Part shown: piece after piece, positions 29,936 to 40,374 of the stretch
How the letters are laid out: the number at the start of each line of letters is the position of its first letter
Position numbering within the stretch: position 1 is the stretch's first letter
Assembly: GCA_032128115.1 (NCBI GenBank)
Contig: JAQBHB010000077.1
Location: 1 to 49,587 of the forward strand
Direction: 5' to 3'
DNA from: Deltaproteobacteria bacterium
GTDB lineage: Bacteria; Myxococcota_A; UBA9160; SMWR01
Length of the DNA stretch: 49,587 nt
The notes under the pieces: model-generated
What the model saw: the letters and a program-made list of their open reading frames with translations, nothing else
Databases searched by the model: none
What the model was told of the DNA's origin: nothing
Translations under genes and position numbers: made by a program

Positions 29936-30933
29936 GCAACCTCCTTGGACAAGGTGACGTCTCCGGCTAGCACGCGCACTTCGTCCCCGTCGTCCTGCAT
30001 CACCCGCAACGCGCCGTCGCCGTCGATTCCGGCTGCGCAGCCCACGGCCTGGGTCTTGCCGTCCGGATCGAGCACGCGGATGCGCCGTCCGACCATGCGG
30101 AACCGGGCCTCGAACCGGGAGCGCACCGCGTCGGTGCCGTGATCCGCACAGGCGTCGAGAATCGCCTCCAGATTACCGTATAGGCGCTTTGTAAAGTCCA
30201 CGCGATTCACGTGCCGGCCGGTATGGGTGGCCAGGCTGGTGGCCAGGGCCCGAAACTCCGGGGGAAAGGCCTCGCGCGCAACGTTGAGGTTGACCCCGAT
30301 GCCCAGCACCAGGAACGAAACGCGCGTCGCCTCGGCGCCAAGCTCCATGAGGATGCCCGAGGTCTTGAGGCCGGCCAGCAGCACGTCGTTGGGCCACTTG
30401 ATCTCCACCGCCTCCGGATCGTCCACGCTCTCCGCCACCGTATCCGCCACGGCCACCGCAGCCGCCAGGATCCAGGCGGGGGCCTGGGCCGTGGTGATCT
30501 CCGGCCGCAACACGATCGAGGTGTAGAGGTTCAGGTGAGCCGGGGAGAAGAACGATCGTCCCAGACGGCCGCGGCCCGCCGTCTGGTGCTCGGCGACGAC
30601 CGCGGTGCCCGACGCGGCGCCTTCCCGGGCCAGCTCGAGCGCGATCCGGTTGGTGGAATCCGTGGACTCGCAATGCCGGATGTCGCGGCCGAGCCAGCGG
30701 GTCGAGAGACCCGTGAGAAGCTCCTCCGGGTACAGCCGGTCGGGAACGCCCGCAAGCCGGTAGCCCCCCCCCGCTGCGGCTTCGATCCGGTAGCCGCGGG
30801 CGCGCAGCGACTCCACGTCCTTCCAGACCTGTGAGCGGCTGACGCCGTGGCGTTCCGAGAGGTCTTCGCCGGAGCAGCTTCGGCCGTCGGCGCGACGCAG
30901 GGCTTCGAGAACACGCGCCGGCCCGGTCGTCAA
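29932..30933 (-). CDS. birA: Bifunctional biotin--[acetyl-CoA carboxylase] ligase / repressor
   Basis: N-terminal HTH (SGEDLS..GVSRSQVWK), DSTN, QTAGRGRLGR, IKWPND, GIGVN; TTG 30933 overlaps the nadC stop. Confidence 0.95.
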   Translation of the reverse strand: MTTGPARVLEALRRADGRSCSGEDLSERHGVSRSQVWKDVESLRARGYRIEAAAGGGYRLAGVPDRLYPEELLTGLSTRWLGRDIRHCESTDSTNRIALELAREGAASGTAVVAEHQTAGRGRLGRSFFSPAHLNLYTSIVLRPEITTAQAPAWILAAAVAVADTVAESVDDPEAVEIKWPNDVLLAGLKTSGILMELGAEATRVSFLVLGIGVNLNVAREAFPPEFRALATSLATHTGRHVNRVDFTKRLYGNLEAILDACADHGTDAVRSRFEARFRMVGRRIRVLDPDGKTQAVGCAAGIDGDGALRVMQDDGDEVRVLAGDVTLSKEVA

Positions 30934-31847
30934 CGGTCTACACCTCCAGGCGTGTCGTCCCGTTCTGTCTCCGGAGCTGTCTCCGGAGCTGTCTCCGGAG
31001 CGATCTCCAGGGCCACGTCCGCGCTGGGTGCCGAGTGGGTGAGGGCGCCGATGGAGATGCGCTGGACGCCGGTCTCCGCTACCTGGCGCACGTTGCCGAG
31101 TCCGATTCCGCCGCTGGCTTCCAGCAGCGCTCGGCCGGCCACCCGGTCCACGGTGCGTCGCATCTCGTCCGGCGTGCGGTTGTCCAGCAGCAGGAAGTCG
31201 CAGCCGGCCTCGATGGCCTCGATCGCCTGGTCCTCGGACTCCACCTCTGCCTGGATACGCAGGCCGGCAGGGGCGCCGGCGCGGGCCGCCTTCACCGCCA
31301 GGCCCACCCCTCCGGCCAGCGCGATGTGGTTGTCCTTGAGCAAGATCCCGTCGTATAGACCGGCGCGGTGGTTCAGCGCTCCGCCTACGGCCGTCGCGTA
31401 CTTGTCCAGGGCGCGCCAGCCCGGGAGCGTCTTGCGGGTGTCGACGATGGAGGCACCCGTCCCGTCGATTGCGTCGACGAAGCGTCGCGTGAAGGTGGCG
31501 ACCCCGCACAGGCGGCCCAGGAAGTTGAGGGCGGTGCGCTCCGCCGCGAGGATGCTGGCCACGGATCCGCTCACCACGGCAAGGGGCTCCCCGGCCTCGG
31601 CGCGATCGCCATCGCGGCAGTTGGACACGAACCCCAGGTCGGAATCCACACGCTGGAAGACGTGACCCGCCAGGGCAAGTCCGCAACTCACCAGGGGTTG
31701 ACGGGCTTCGACGACCGCGCGGCCGCGGCGGTCCGCGTTCACCACGAGCAACGTGGTCACGTCGCCCGAGCCGATATCCTCATCGAGAGCCAGATCCAGT
31801 AGCGCTCGCCAGGTGCGCTCGGGGGGAAGGGCCGGCGGGCCACTCAT
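30930..31847 (-). CDS. nadC: Nicotinate-nucleotide pyrophosphorylase
   Basis: EDIGSGDVTT, ERTALN, DTRKTLPG, NHR, KDNH, LLDN, EASGG, SIGALTHS. Confidence 0.97.
   Translation of the reverse strand: MSGPPALPPERTWRALLDLALDEDIGSGDVTTLLVVNADRRGRAVVEARQPLVSCGLALAGHVFQRVDSDLGFVSNCRDGDRAEAGEPLAVVSGSVASILAAERTALNFLGRLCGVATFTRRFVDAIDGTGASIVDTRKTLPGWRALDKYATAVGGALNHRAGLYDGILLKDNHIALAGGVGLAVKAARAGAPAGLRIQAEVESEDQAIEAIEAGCDFLLLDNRTPDEMRRTVDRVAGRALLEASGGIGLGNVRQVAETGVQRISIGALTHSAPSADVALEIAPETAPETAPETERDDTPGGVDR
30966..31001. repeat. 12-bp in-frame tandem repeat (APET x3) in the nadC tail
   Basis: TGTCTCCGGAGC repeated three times. Confidence 0.75.
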
Positions 31848-31900
31848 TGCGCGCTCCATCGCCTCCGCAGAGGACGGGAGCCACAGAGTACCCCAGACGG

Positions 31901-33520
31901 CTAGGCCGGGTCTTCCGGCTCGCCCTTCATCTTGCGAATCTCTTCGCGCACGAGCGACTCGGCCAGCTGCGGGATCACCTCCCACGCGATCGCCTCGACC
32001 TTCTCGACCGCCTGTCGGACGATCTTCTCGGTCACGTCGCTGAACGACTCCCAGGCGATCTTCTCGAGGGTGTCGTGGAGCTGCTTTCGCACCTGGGGCA
32101 CGATTTCCGCCAGGAGCGGCGAGGTCGCGGGCACCGCGCCGCGCGCCGGGTTCGCGCTGGGGGTCGCCAGGGGCGGCGGCTCGATGACCAGTGCCGGCAC
32201 CGGGTCGAGAATCTCTGCGGGCCCCTCCGGCTCCAGATCGCCGAGCACGCCCAGGTCCAGGTCCGGCTCCAGATCGCCGAGCCGGCCCAGGTCCAGGTCC
32301 GACGCCAGCATGGTGGCATCGGCTGCCATCTCGGTCTCGTGCAATGTCGCCAGCTCATGGACGTCCTGGCTTTCCAGGGCGGAGAGGTCGGGAAAGTCCG
32401 AGACCAGCATCGTCATGTCGTTGCTCGGCTTCGGCGGCGCCAGCGGGGCCACGGGAACGTCCAGATCCAGGGCCGGGCCACTTGCGGACGCGCCCCTGGG
32501 GTCGTCCACCAGCGGGGTGCCCAGGTCCGAGGACGAGACGTCGAAGCCCGAGGCTCCGGCGGGGTCCAACAGCGTAGCCTCGGCCAGGCCGCCGCCGCCC
32601 CGAAACAGGGCGTCGCCGCTGGCTGAGTCGTCCGGGCTCTCGAAATCGAAGTCCAGGCCGTCGGGCACGGAGCCCAGGGTGTCGCCCCCCATCGGATCCG
32701 TGGGTCCGGAGATGTCGTCGCCGGTGGAGGCATTCGAATCCCTTGGGTCCCGTGCGAGCCCGCCAATGACGGGCTTCGTGGCCGCGGCCGGCGGATCCGG
32801 CGCCAGGAAATCGTCGGCAGCGGCCGGGAAACCGGACCCGGACGCTGCCGTGTCCAGTTCCAGGTCGAGCCCCACGTCTCCCACGGCCAGGTCGGCTCCG
32901 GTATCGGTGTCCATGAAGGCGATGGTGCGTTCGGCGCTGGACACTCCGCTGGACACTCGGTTGGGTAGTGCAGGCAACAGATCCGCGTCGTCCAGGAGGT
33001 CGGCGCCATCCGATTCGAGGGTGGCCCGGGCCGTAAGCAGGGTGTCGTCGATGGGAACCTCGGCTCCGCCGCCGGTTTCGTCGAAGAAGTCGTAGTCCTC
33101 GTCGCTGGCCGGAGTCTCGCCCGCCGGATCAGTGGCCAGCGCGGGCGTCGGGCCCGCGCGGAAAAGCCGGAGCACCTCTTCCACCAGCGCCTGGGCCTCG
33201 AAGGGCTTGGCCACGTGGCCCGCCGCGCCGGCGCTCTTGGCCCGTGCCTCGTCGAAAGCCTCGAACGTTCCGGTGAGCAGCATCACGGGGATGTGCCGGA
33301 GATCCGGGTCAGCCTTGATGGCCTCGCAGACTTCGTAGCCGTTCTTGCCCGGCATCACGACGTCGGCCAGGATCGCGTCGGGTCGGATCTCGCGCGCCTT
33401 CCGGATTGCGTCGTCGCCGTTGTCCACGGTGACGAGGTTCACGTCCTCGTTGGCGAAGCTGATCCCGACCACCTTCCGGATCGTGACGCTGTCATCGGCC
33501 AGCAGCAGGGTCTTGGGCAT
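31901..33520 (-). CDS. romR: RomR-like polarity response regulator
   Basis: Receiver MPKTLLLADDSVTIRKV..LADVVMPGKNGYEVC..GTFEAFDE..KPFE, long Asp/Pro-rich linker, C-terminal IAWEVIPQLAESLVREEI helix, matching the Myxococcus RomR architecture. Confidence 0.85.
   Translation of the reverse strand: MPKTLLLADDSVTIRKVVGISFANEDVNLVTVDNGDDAIRKAREIRPDAILADVVMPGKNGYEVCEAIKADPDLRHIPVMLLTGTFEAFDEARAKSAGAAGHVAKPFEAQALVEEVLRLFRAGPTPALATDPAGETPASDEDYDFFDETGGGAEVPIDDTLLTARATLESDGADLLDDADLLPALPNRVSSGVSSAERTIAFMDTDTGADLAVGDVGLDLELDTAASGSGFPAAADDFLAPDPPAAATKPVIGGLARDPRDSNASTGDDISGPTDPMGGDTLGSVPDGLDFDFESPDDSASGDALFRGGGGLAEATLLDPAGASGFDVSSSDLGTPLVDDPRGASASGPALDLDVPVAPLAPPKPSNDMTMLVSDFPDLSALESQDVHELATLHETEMAADATMLASDLDLGRLGDLEPDLDLGVLGDLEPEGPAEILDPVPALVIEPPPLATPSANPARGAVPATSPLLAEIVPQVRKQLHDTLEKIAWESFSDVTEKIVRQAVEKVEAIAWEVIPQLAESLVREEIRKMKGEPEDPA
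32226..32301. repeat. 36-bp in-frame tandem duplication in the romR linker (DLDLGxLGDLEP x2)
   Basis: Two near-identical copies of TCCGGCTCCAGATCGCCGAGC..GCCCAGGTCCAGG. Confidence 0.85.
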
Positions 33521-33599
33521 CCGTCGTATTCCCCCCGGGAGGCGCATCGGGAGTCGCACGTCGCCGGGACGCGCGCCCCGGGACGCTCCTCGAAACGTA

Positions 33600-33627
33600 T
33601 TATCGTCGCTAGATGCCCCGGGATTGA
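33600..33627 (-). promoter_or_regulatory. Putative sigma28 promoter of the romR operon
   Basis: TCAA-N16-GACGATAA, 80 nt upstream of the romR ATG. Confidence 0.6.
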
Positions 33628-33673
33628 ATGCTTTTCGCGGGGACTCGTCCAGCCCCCCGCTCCTCGGATGCAG

Positions 33674-33701
33674 TCAAGCGTCTCCTCGTTCGCTCCGATG
33701 A
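33674..33701 (+). promoter_or_regulatory. Putative sigma28 promoter of the PP2C gene
   Basis: TCAA(G)-N16-TCCGATGA. Confidence 0.6.
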
Positions 33702-33775
33702 GCCAGTGGGGACGCGCCCGCGGCCCCGCGGGCTGCTGCTGGCCGCTGACGGCCGAACGGAGGAACCTCTCGTCC

Positions 33776-34534
33776 ATGGAGCTGCGATCGGCTGCCCGGA
33801 CGGACTTGGGCCAGCGCCGCCAGACCAACGAGGACTCCTTCGCGGTGGAGCCTGCGCGGGGTCTCTATCTGGTGGCGGACGGGCTGGGCGGACACACGGC
33901 CGGCCAGGTGGCCAGCGGGCTGGCGGCGCAGGCCGCTGTGAACGCCCTGACGACCCTGGAAGGCGCTACGGCCAGCCTCAGCGAGAAGCTGCGGATCGCG
34001 ATCACCGCCGCCAACCGCGAGGTGTTTGAGACTGCCGAGGCCAAGCGGGAGTTGGCGGGTATGGGAACCACCCTGGTGGCCCTGCTGGCACGCGGCGAGC
34101 GCATCGCTCTGGCCCATGTGGGGGACAGCCGGGCCTACCTGGTGCGAAGCGGAAAGATTCGCCAGCTGACCGACGACCACTCGCTGGTGGCGGAGCTGGT
34201 GCGGCGCCGCGAGATCCCGGCTCACGCGGCCCAGCAGCACCCCCACCGCCACGTTCTCACCCGCGCCCTGGGCGTGCGCCGGACGGTGGAGCCGGATCTG
34301 ACGGAGCTGACTCCGACAACGGACGACATCTTCGTGCTGTGCTCGGATGGCCTGACGGGCCATGTACGAGACGAGGAGATCGCGGCCGAGGTGAGCCGCG
34401 ACAACGACCTGGACGCGGCCTGCGGACGCCTTGTGGACCTCGCGAACTCGCGGGGCGGCGAGGACAACATCACGCTGGTGGTGGTCGCCTGCGACGAGAT
34501 TGCCGGCTGGGGCGGAAGCCACGACCGCCCGTAG
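33776..34534 (+). CDS. PP2C-family Ser/Thr phosphatase (Stp1/PrpC type)
   Basis: RQTNED, VADGLGGH, GMGTT, HVGDSRAY, LCSDGL, GGEDNIT. Confidence 0.95.
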   Translation: MELRSAARTDLGQRRQTNEDSFAVEPARGLYLVADGLGGHTAGQVASGLAAQAAVNALTTLEGATASLSEKLRIAITAANREVFETAEAKRELAGMGTTLVALLARGERIALAHVGDSRAYLVRSGKIRQLTDDHSLVAELVRRREIPAHAAQQHPHRHVLTRALGVRRTVEPDLTELTPTTDDIFVLCSDGLTGHVRDEEIAAEVSRDNDLDAACGRLVDLANSRGGEDNITLVVVACDEIAGWGGSHDRP

Positions 34535-34566
34535 CCGCGCGGCCGCAGGCGGCGCAGCTCAGATCA

Positions 34567-35334
34567 CTAGTACTTGTCGAGGATTCCCTTGAGCTTGGCG
34601 CGCAGGCGCAGGACGGCCTTGGTGTGGATCTGGCAGACACGTGACTCGGTGATGCCCAGGATCCCACCGATTTCCTTCATGTTGAGATCTTCGTAGTAGT
34701 AGAGCGACACCACGAGCCGCTCCTTCTCCGGAAGCGTCGCGATCGTCATGGCGATCACACCCTTCATCTCGGTCAGCTTGAGCGACGCGAAGGGATTCTC
34801 CGAGTGGACGTCCTCGACGATGTCGGCGAAGGTCCCGGCCCGGTCGCCATCGGAGTTGGTACCCCGGATCTCCTCCAGGTTGACCAGCGAGATTCCGCGC
34901 ACCTGGTTCATGAGCTCGTGGAACTTTTCGATCTGGAGCCCAAGCGAATCGGCCACCTCGTCCTCGCTGGCCGAGCGCCCGAGGCGCTGCTCGACCTCGC
35001 CGTAGGCCCGCTCCAGGCGGCGGCTCTTCTGGCGCACGCTGCGCGGCACCCAGTCGAGCGAGCGCAGCTGGTCGAGAATGGCGCCCTTGATGCGGAACTC
35101 GGCGTAGGTCTTGAACTTGCAGTTCTTTTCGGGGTCGTACTTCTCGATGGCATCCATCAACCCGATCACGCCGGTGTTGTGAAGGTCATCGAGGTCGATG
35201 TGGGACGGCAGCCGGACCGCGATCCGGTTGACGATGTATCGGATCAGCGGAGTGTGCTCGAGGACGATCTGCTCCTTGAGGTCGGCGGGGATCTCGTCGT
35301 ATTGGGCCTTGGCATCGCGAAGCAGCATTTCCAT
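34567..35334 (-). CDS. fliA: FliA/WhiG-family RNA polymerase sigma factor (sigma28)
   Basis: FKTYAEFRIKGAILDQLRSLDWVPRSVR, LYYYEDLNMKEIG..LGITESRVCQIH; ATG 35334 after GGAG (alternative start 35349). Confidence 0.96.
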   Translation of the reverse strand: MEMLLRDAKAQYDEIPADLKEQIVLEHTPLIRYIVNRIAVRLPSHIDLDDLHNTGVIGLMDAIEKYDPEKNCKFKTYAEFRIKGAILDQLRSLDWVPRSVRQKSRRLERAYGEVEQRLGRSASEDEVADSLGLQIEKFHELMNQVRGISLVNLEEIRGTNSDGDRAGTFADIVEDVHSENPFASLKLTEMKGVIAMTIATLPEKERLVVSLYYYEDLNMKEIGGILGITESRVCQIHTKAVLRLRAKLKGILDKY

Positions 35335-35420
35335 TCGTGTCTCCTGCATCGAGCGGTTCCTGTTCGCCTCCGACCGGGGCCAGGTTGCGACCCCCCACGA
35401 GCCGTGGCGACGGCGACAGA

Positions 35421-35437
35421 AGCACGGGCCATGCCAA
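35421..35437 (-). promoter_or_regulatory. Putative sigma54 -24/-12 promoter of fliA
   Basis: TTGGCATGGCCCGTGCT (GG-N10-GC). Confidence 0.7.
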
Positions 35438-35507
35438 CCGCGGGCCCGAACCGGTTTCAGCTTCGAAACCGGCGGCAGCGAACCCTCGCAGCACGCATTC
35501 CGTTCTG

Positions 35508-35520
35508 TAACTGTCTGAAA
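35508..35520 (-). promoter_or_regulatory. Possible IHF site between enhancer and sigma54 promoter
   Basis: TTTCAGACAGTTA, one mismatch to WATCAR-N4-TTR, inside an AT-rich patch. Confidence 0.4.
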
Positions 35521-35622
35521 TTGTTTTGAAATTCAAGATCGGGTGCGAGCCGGTGTTGTGAAGAAGCTTGCGCCCGCACGCTGCCAATTCAGGCGGCGGG
35601 TCCGGGGCCGGGGAGTCGAAGT

Positions 35623-35636
35623 GTCGGCAAACCGAC
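35623..35636. promoter_or_regulatory. Candidate bEBP enhancer (FleQ-box-like palindrome)
   Basis: GTCGGCAAACCGAC (GTC-N8-GAC), about 200 bp upstream of the sigma54 site. Confidence 0.45.
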
Positions 35637-35732
35637 GAACGACCGGCAGGTCTGGCGCAAAACCGTCAGCGGAGCGGGCAAGGCAAGCGAATGTGGCGCC
35701 GGAAATCGGCGCCCGGCGACGCGGGACGTCGC

Positions 35733-37124
<1,392 letters not shown>

Positions 37125-37145
37125 CAGGGACCTCCGCTCAGCGGA

Positions 37146-37178
37146 GGGGGGCTCGCGGAGTCTAGGGGGGGCTCGCGG
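37146..37178. repeat. 13-bp direct repeat GGGGGGCTCGCGG with 20-bp period in the divergent promoter region
   Basis: Copies at 37146-37158 and 37166-37178. Confidence 0.7.
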
Positions 37179-37183
37179 CGCGT

Positions 37184-37211
37184 TCAAGCGTCCCGTTTTC
37201 GGGACCGATAG
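37184..37211 (+). promoter_or_regulatory. Putative sigma28 promoter of the second bEBP
   Basis: TCAA(G)-N16-ACCGATAG. Confidence 0.62.
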
Positions 37212-37217
37212 AGGGGG

Positions 37218-38666
37218 GTGACGAACTCCCTTCGACCCAGCGGAGCCGCTGCGCAGCGGGCGCGAAGCCGCGACGGTGTGCCCCTCGCAGACGCTCCGGG
37301 CTTCGTGCTGCTCGTGGACGACGAGCCGCTGCTGCTGCGTTCGCTCCGACGCATCCTGGAGGCCGCTGGCCATCGGGTGGTGCTGGCCGGATCCGCGGGC
37401 GAGGCCGAGCCGATCCTGGCGGATCCCGAGCTCGAGGCGGTGCTTGTGGATCTGTTCCTGGGACTCCAGAGCGGCCTCGACCTGCTGGAACTCATGAAGC
37501 GCGAGCGGCCCGAGGTGGAGGTGATCGTGATGACGGGGCACGCCACCGTCGATAGCGCCGTGCGCTCGATCCGGCGGGGTGCCTTCGATTACCTGGAGAA
37601 GCCGTTCGACGACGTCCACCGCATTCGAACCACCGTGGGCAAGGCGCTGGAGCGGCGGCGCCTGGTTCGCCGCAATCGCGAGCTGGAAGACCAGCTGCGC
37701 GGCCGCTCCTCCGGGCTCGCGCTGGTGGGGAACTCTCCGAAGATGCGGGCCCTGGAGCGCACCATCTACAGCCTTCGCCACAACGAGAGCCACGTCCTGA
37801 TCCAGGGCGAAAGTGGAACCGGCAAGGAGCTGGTGGCCCGGGCGGTGCACCAGGCGAGCCCCCGGGCATCGGGAGACTTCGTTCCGGTCGATTGCGGAGC
37901 CTTGCCGCAGACGATCATCGAGAGCGAGCTGTTCGGCCACGAGAAGGGCGCGTTCACCGGCGCCGTGGGCGCGCCGGGCCTGTTCCGGATCGCCGACCGC
38001 GGAACCCTGTTCCTGGACGAGATCGGCGAGATCCCGCCCCCGGTGCAGGCGAAGCTGCTGCGCGCCCTCCAGCACAAGGAGGTGCGGCCGCTGGGGTCGA
38101 CGGCCACAGTGCCCGTGGACATCCGCGTGATCTCGGCAACCCACCGCGATCTGGCCGAGATGGTGACCCAGGGTGCATTCCGGACCGACCTGTTCTACCG
38201 CCTGAACGTGGTGCGAATCGAGATTCCACCGCTTCGCGAACGGCGCGAGGACATCCCGTTGCTTGTGCACCATTTCATCCAGAAGCACGGCGCAGGCTCC
38301 CGGGTGGAGGGGATCGAGAACGACGCGCTCGAGAGGCTGGTGTCCGACTCCTGGCCGGGAAACGTGCGCGAGCTGGAGAACGCCATCGAGTCGGCGCTGG
38401 CTCTGGCCCCGGGACCCCGACTGCGCCCGGGGGATCTGCCGGCCTTGCGGCGCGGTGCGGGACCTTCCGCAGGGCAATCGACCGGGAACCTGCCGCTCTC
38501 ACTGGAGTCGTACGAGCGCAGTGCCCTGGAGCGTGCCCTCTGCGAATGCCGAGGCGATGCCAACGCGGCCGCGCACCGGCTTGGAATCGGACGCAGCACC
38601 TTCTACCGCAAGCTGGCGAAATACAAGCTGCGCCCCGGGGGTGTGACGGGCCGCCCGATCAAGTAG
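37218..38666 (+). CDS. Sigma54-dependent response regulator (REC-AAA+-Fis HTH)
   Basis: LLVDDE, GESGTGKE, GHEKGAFTGA, WPGNVREL, LGIGRSTFYRKL; true start may be GTG 37278. Confidence 0.93.
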   Translation: MTNSLRPSGAAAQRARSRDGVPLADAPGFVLLVDDEPLLLRSLRRILEAAGHRVVLAGSAGEAEPILADPELEAVLVDLFLGLQSGLDLLELMKRERPEVEVIVMTGHATVDSAVRSIRRGAFDYLEKPFDDVHRIRTTVGKALERRRLVRRNRELEDQLRGRSSGLALVGNSPKMRALERTIYSLRHNESHVLIQGESGTGKELVARAVHQASPRASGDFVPVDCGALPQTIIESELFGHEKGAFTGAVGAPGLFRIADRGTLFLDEIGEIPPPVQAKLLRALQHKEVRPLGSTATVPVDIRVISATHRDLAEMVTQGAFRTDLFYRLNVVRIEIPPLRERREDIPLLVHHFIQKHGAGSRVEGIENDALERLVSDSWPGNVRELENAIESALALAPGPRLRPGDLPALRRGAGPSAGQSTGNLPLSLESYERSALERALCECRGDANAAAHRLGIGRSTFYRKLAKYKLRPGGVTGRPIK

Positions 38667-38686
38667 ACTGCAGCCCCCCCCGAGAA
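38659..38686 (+). promoter_or_regulatory. Weaker sigma28-type promoter upstream of the histidine kinase
   Basis: TCAA(G)-N16-CCCGAGAA; the -35 part overlaps the bEBP stop. Confidence 0.4.
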
Positions 38687-38742
38687 GATTCGTGATGTTT
38701 CGCTCGTGTGACACACGGGAATGCGAACCCGGAGTTGGCCAC

Positions 38743-40374
38743 ATGCAGAGCGGCATGCCCCGGGTGTGCATCGTCGTTGCCGAGCCCCCGAATGGCTCGA
38801 CGCTCGAGACCGTCGCGGCGCTCGAGCGTCTGGGACCGGGTGCGCGCGTGGTGCGTACCCACAGCGCCCGGGAGTGTCTGGCTCTCTGCGAAAGCGACGC
38901 CGTCGACCTGGTGGTCGTGGATCGCGCACTGGGTGCGGAAGGCAACCCCATCCTCGAGGGGCGCCGCCGCCTCGGGCCTCCGGTGGTGGTGGTGGACGCG
39001 AACCCCAGCGACGAGCGGGCGCTCGAGGCCTTCCGTCTGGGCGCGGCCGATTGCATCTCTGCGAGCGCGGACTACGCGGAGGTGCTCCCGGTGGTGGCGC
39101 TGGAGCAGATCCGGCGCTGGCGTGCGCTGCGCGACCAGGGCTCCGCCGAGCGCCGCATCCGCGATCTCGAGCACGCCAACGAAAACATCATCCGCAACAT
39201 GAACAGCGCGCTGCTGGTGGTGGATGTCGACGGCCGGATCACATCCTGCAATCCCTCCGCCGAGCAGATCCTGGGCCGTCGCGCCGACGACCTGTGCGGG
39301 ATTTCCGTATTGGACTGGTTCGTTGCGCCGGAGGGCGGATCCGGCCTGGTGGCTCGGACCCTGACGGAGGAGATCAGCTTCAAGGGTGCCGAGAGCTCCA
39401 TCCACCGCGAAGACGGATCGGCAATTCCCATCGGGATCTCGTCGGCTCCCATTTTCGGCGTCGATGGGAGCAAGCTCGGCGCGGTGGCGATCTTCCAGGA
39501 CCTGAGCGAGATGAACGAGCTCCGGAACCAGGTGATGCAGTCGGAGAAGATGGCGTCCATCGGTCAGCTGGCGGCGGGTGTGGCCCACGAGATCAACAAC
39601 CCCATGGGCTTCATCCATGCCAACCTGTTCCAGATGGCCGAATACGTGACCGACCTGCACCGGGTCTTTCGAGACGTGGAGACGCTGCAGGCTGCGCTCG
39701 AGCGGAACGACCTCGCGAAGGCGCGCGAGGCGTCCGTCAAGCTGGCGCGATCGGCCGAGGACGTAGACGCCCCGTTCCTGCTCTCCGACCTGGCCAAGGC
39801 CATCCGCGAATCCCAGGAGGGCTCGGAGCGCATCCGCCACATCGTGCAGGACCTGCGCGATTTCTCGCGCCACGACACCGCCGAGCGGGTCATTGCCAAC
39901 CTGAACCAGTGTCTCGATTCCACCGCCAACATCGTTTGGCCCATGATGAAACACGTGGCGGTTCTGGAGAAGGCCTACGGCGACCTGCCGGACATCGTGT
40001 GCTTCCCCATGCAGATGAAGCAGGTCTTCATGAACCTGCTGGTGAACGCCATCCAGTCCATCGAGGAGAAGGTGGGCCAGGCCGGGGAGACGGGACGCAT
40101 CCGGCTCCAGTCCGCGGTCCTGGCCGAGTACGTCGAGGTGCTGGTGTCGGACACGGGCGTCGGAATCGCACCCGAGAACCTGGATCGCATCTTCGATCCG
40201 TTCTTCACGACCAAGAAGGTGGGGTCGGGAACCGGGCTCGGACTCTCCACCTGCTACAACCTCGTGCGTCGCCACGGCGGTAGCCTGACCGTGGAGAGCC
40301 GGGTGGGGGAGGGGAGTACCTTCCGCCTGCTGATGCCGCGGATCGAGGAGCACGAAGATGACAATGGCGGCTGA
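38743..40374 (+). CDS. Cytoplasmic histidine kinase (atypical REC - PAS - HisKA - HATPase)
   Basis: EKMASIGQLAAGVAHEINNP, NLLVNA, DTGVGI, FDPFFTTK, GTGLGL; PAS with VDVDGRITSCN; ATG 38743 after GGAG. Confidence 0.93.
   Translation: MQSGMPRVCIVVAEPPNGSTLETVAALERLGPGARVVRTHSARECLALCESDAVDLVVVDRALGAEGNPILEGRRRLGPPVVVVDANPSDERALEAFRLGAADCISASADYAEVLPVVALEQIRRWRALRDQGSAERRIRDLEHANENIIRNMNSALLVVDVDGRITSCNPSAEQILGRRADDLCGISVLDWFVAPEGGSGLVARTLTEEISFKGAESSIHREDGSAIPIGISSAPIFGVDGSKLGAVAIFQDLSEMNELRNQVMQSEKMASIGQLAAGVAHEINNPMGFIHANLFQMAEYVTDLHRVFRDVETLQAALERNDLAKAREASVKLARSAEDVDAPFLLSDLAKAIRESQEGSERIRHIVQDLRDFSRHDTAERVIANLNQCLDSTANIVWPMMKHVAVLEKAYGDLPDIVCFPMQMKQVFMNLLVNAIQSIEEKVGQAGETGRIRLQSAVLAEYVEVLVSDTGVGIAPENLDRIFDPFFTTKKVGSGTGLGLSTCYNLVRRHGGSLTVESRVGEGSTFRLLMPRIEEHEDDNGG

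Noticed and set aside
35571..35587. Second GG-N10-GC upstream of fliA (TTGGCAGCGTGCGGGC)
   Set aside because: Poor -12 element; the 35421-35437 site fits better and is correctly placed relative to the IHF-like site and enhancer.
37125..38477. N-terminal half of the 914-aa ORF 35733-38477
   Set aside because: It is the antisense of bEBP2; the real protein starts at the receiver domain near 37124.
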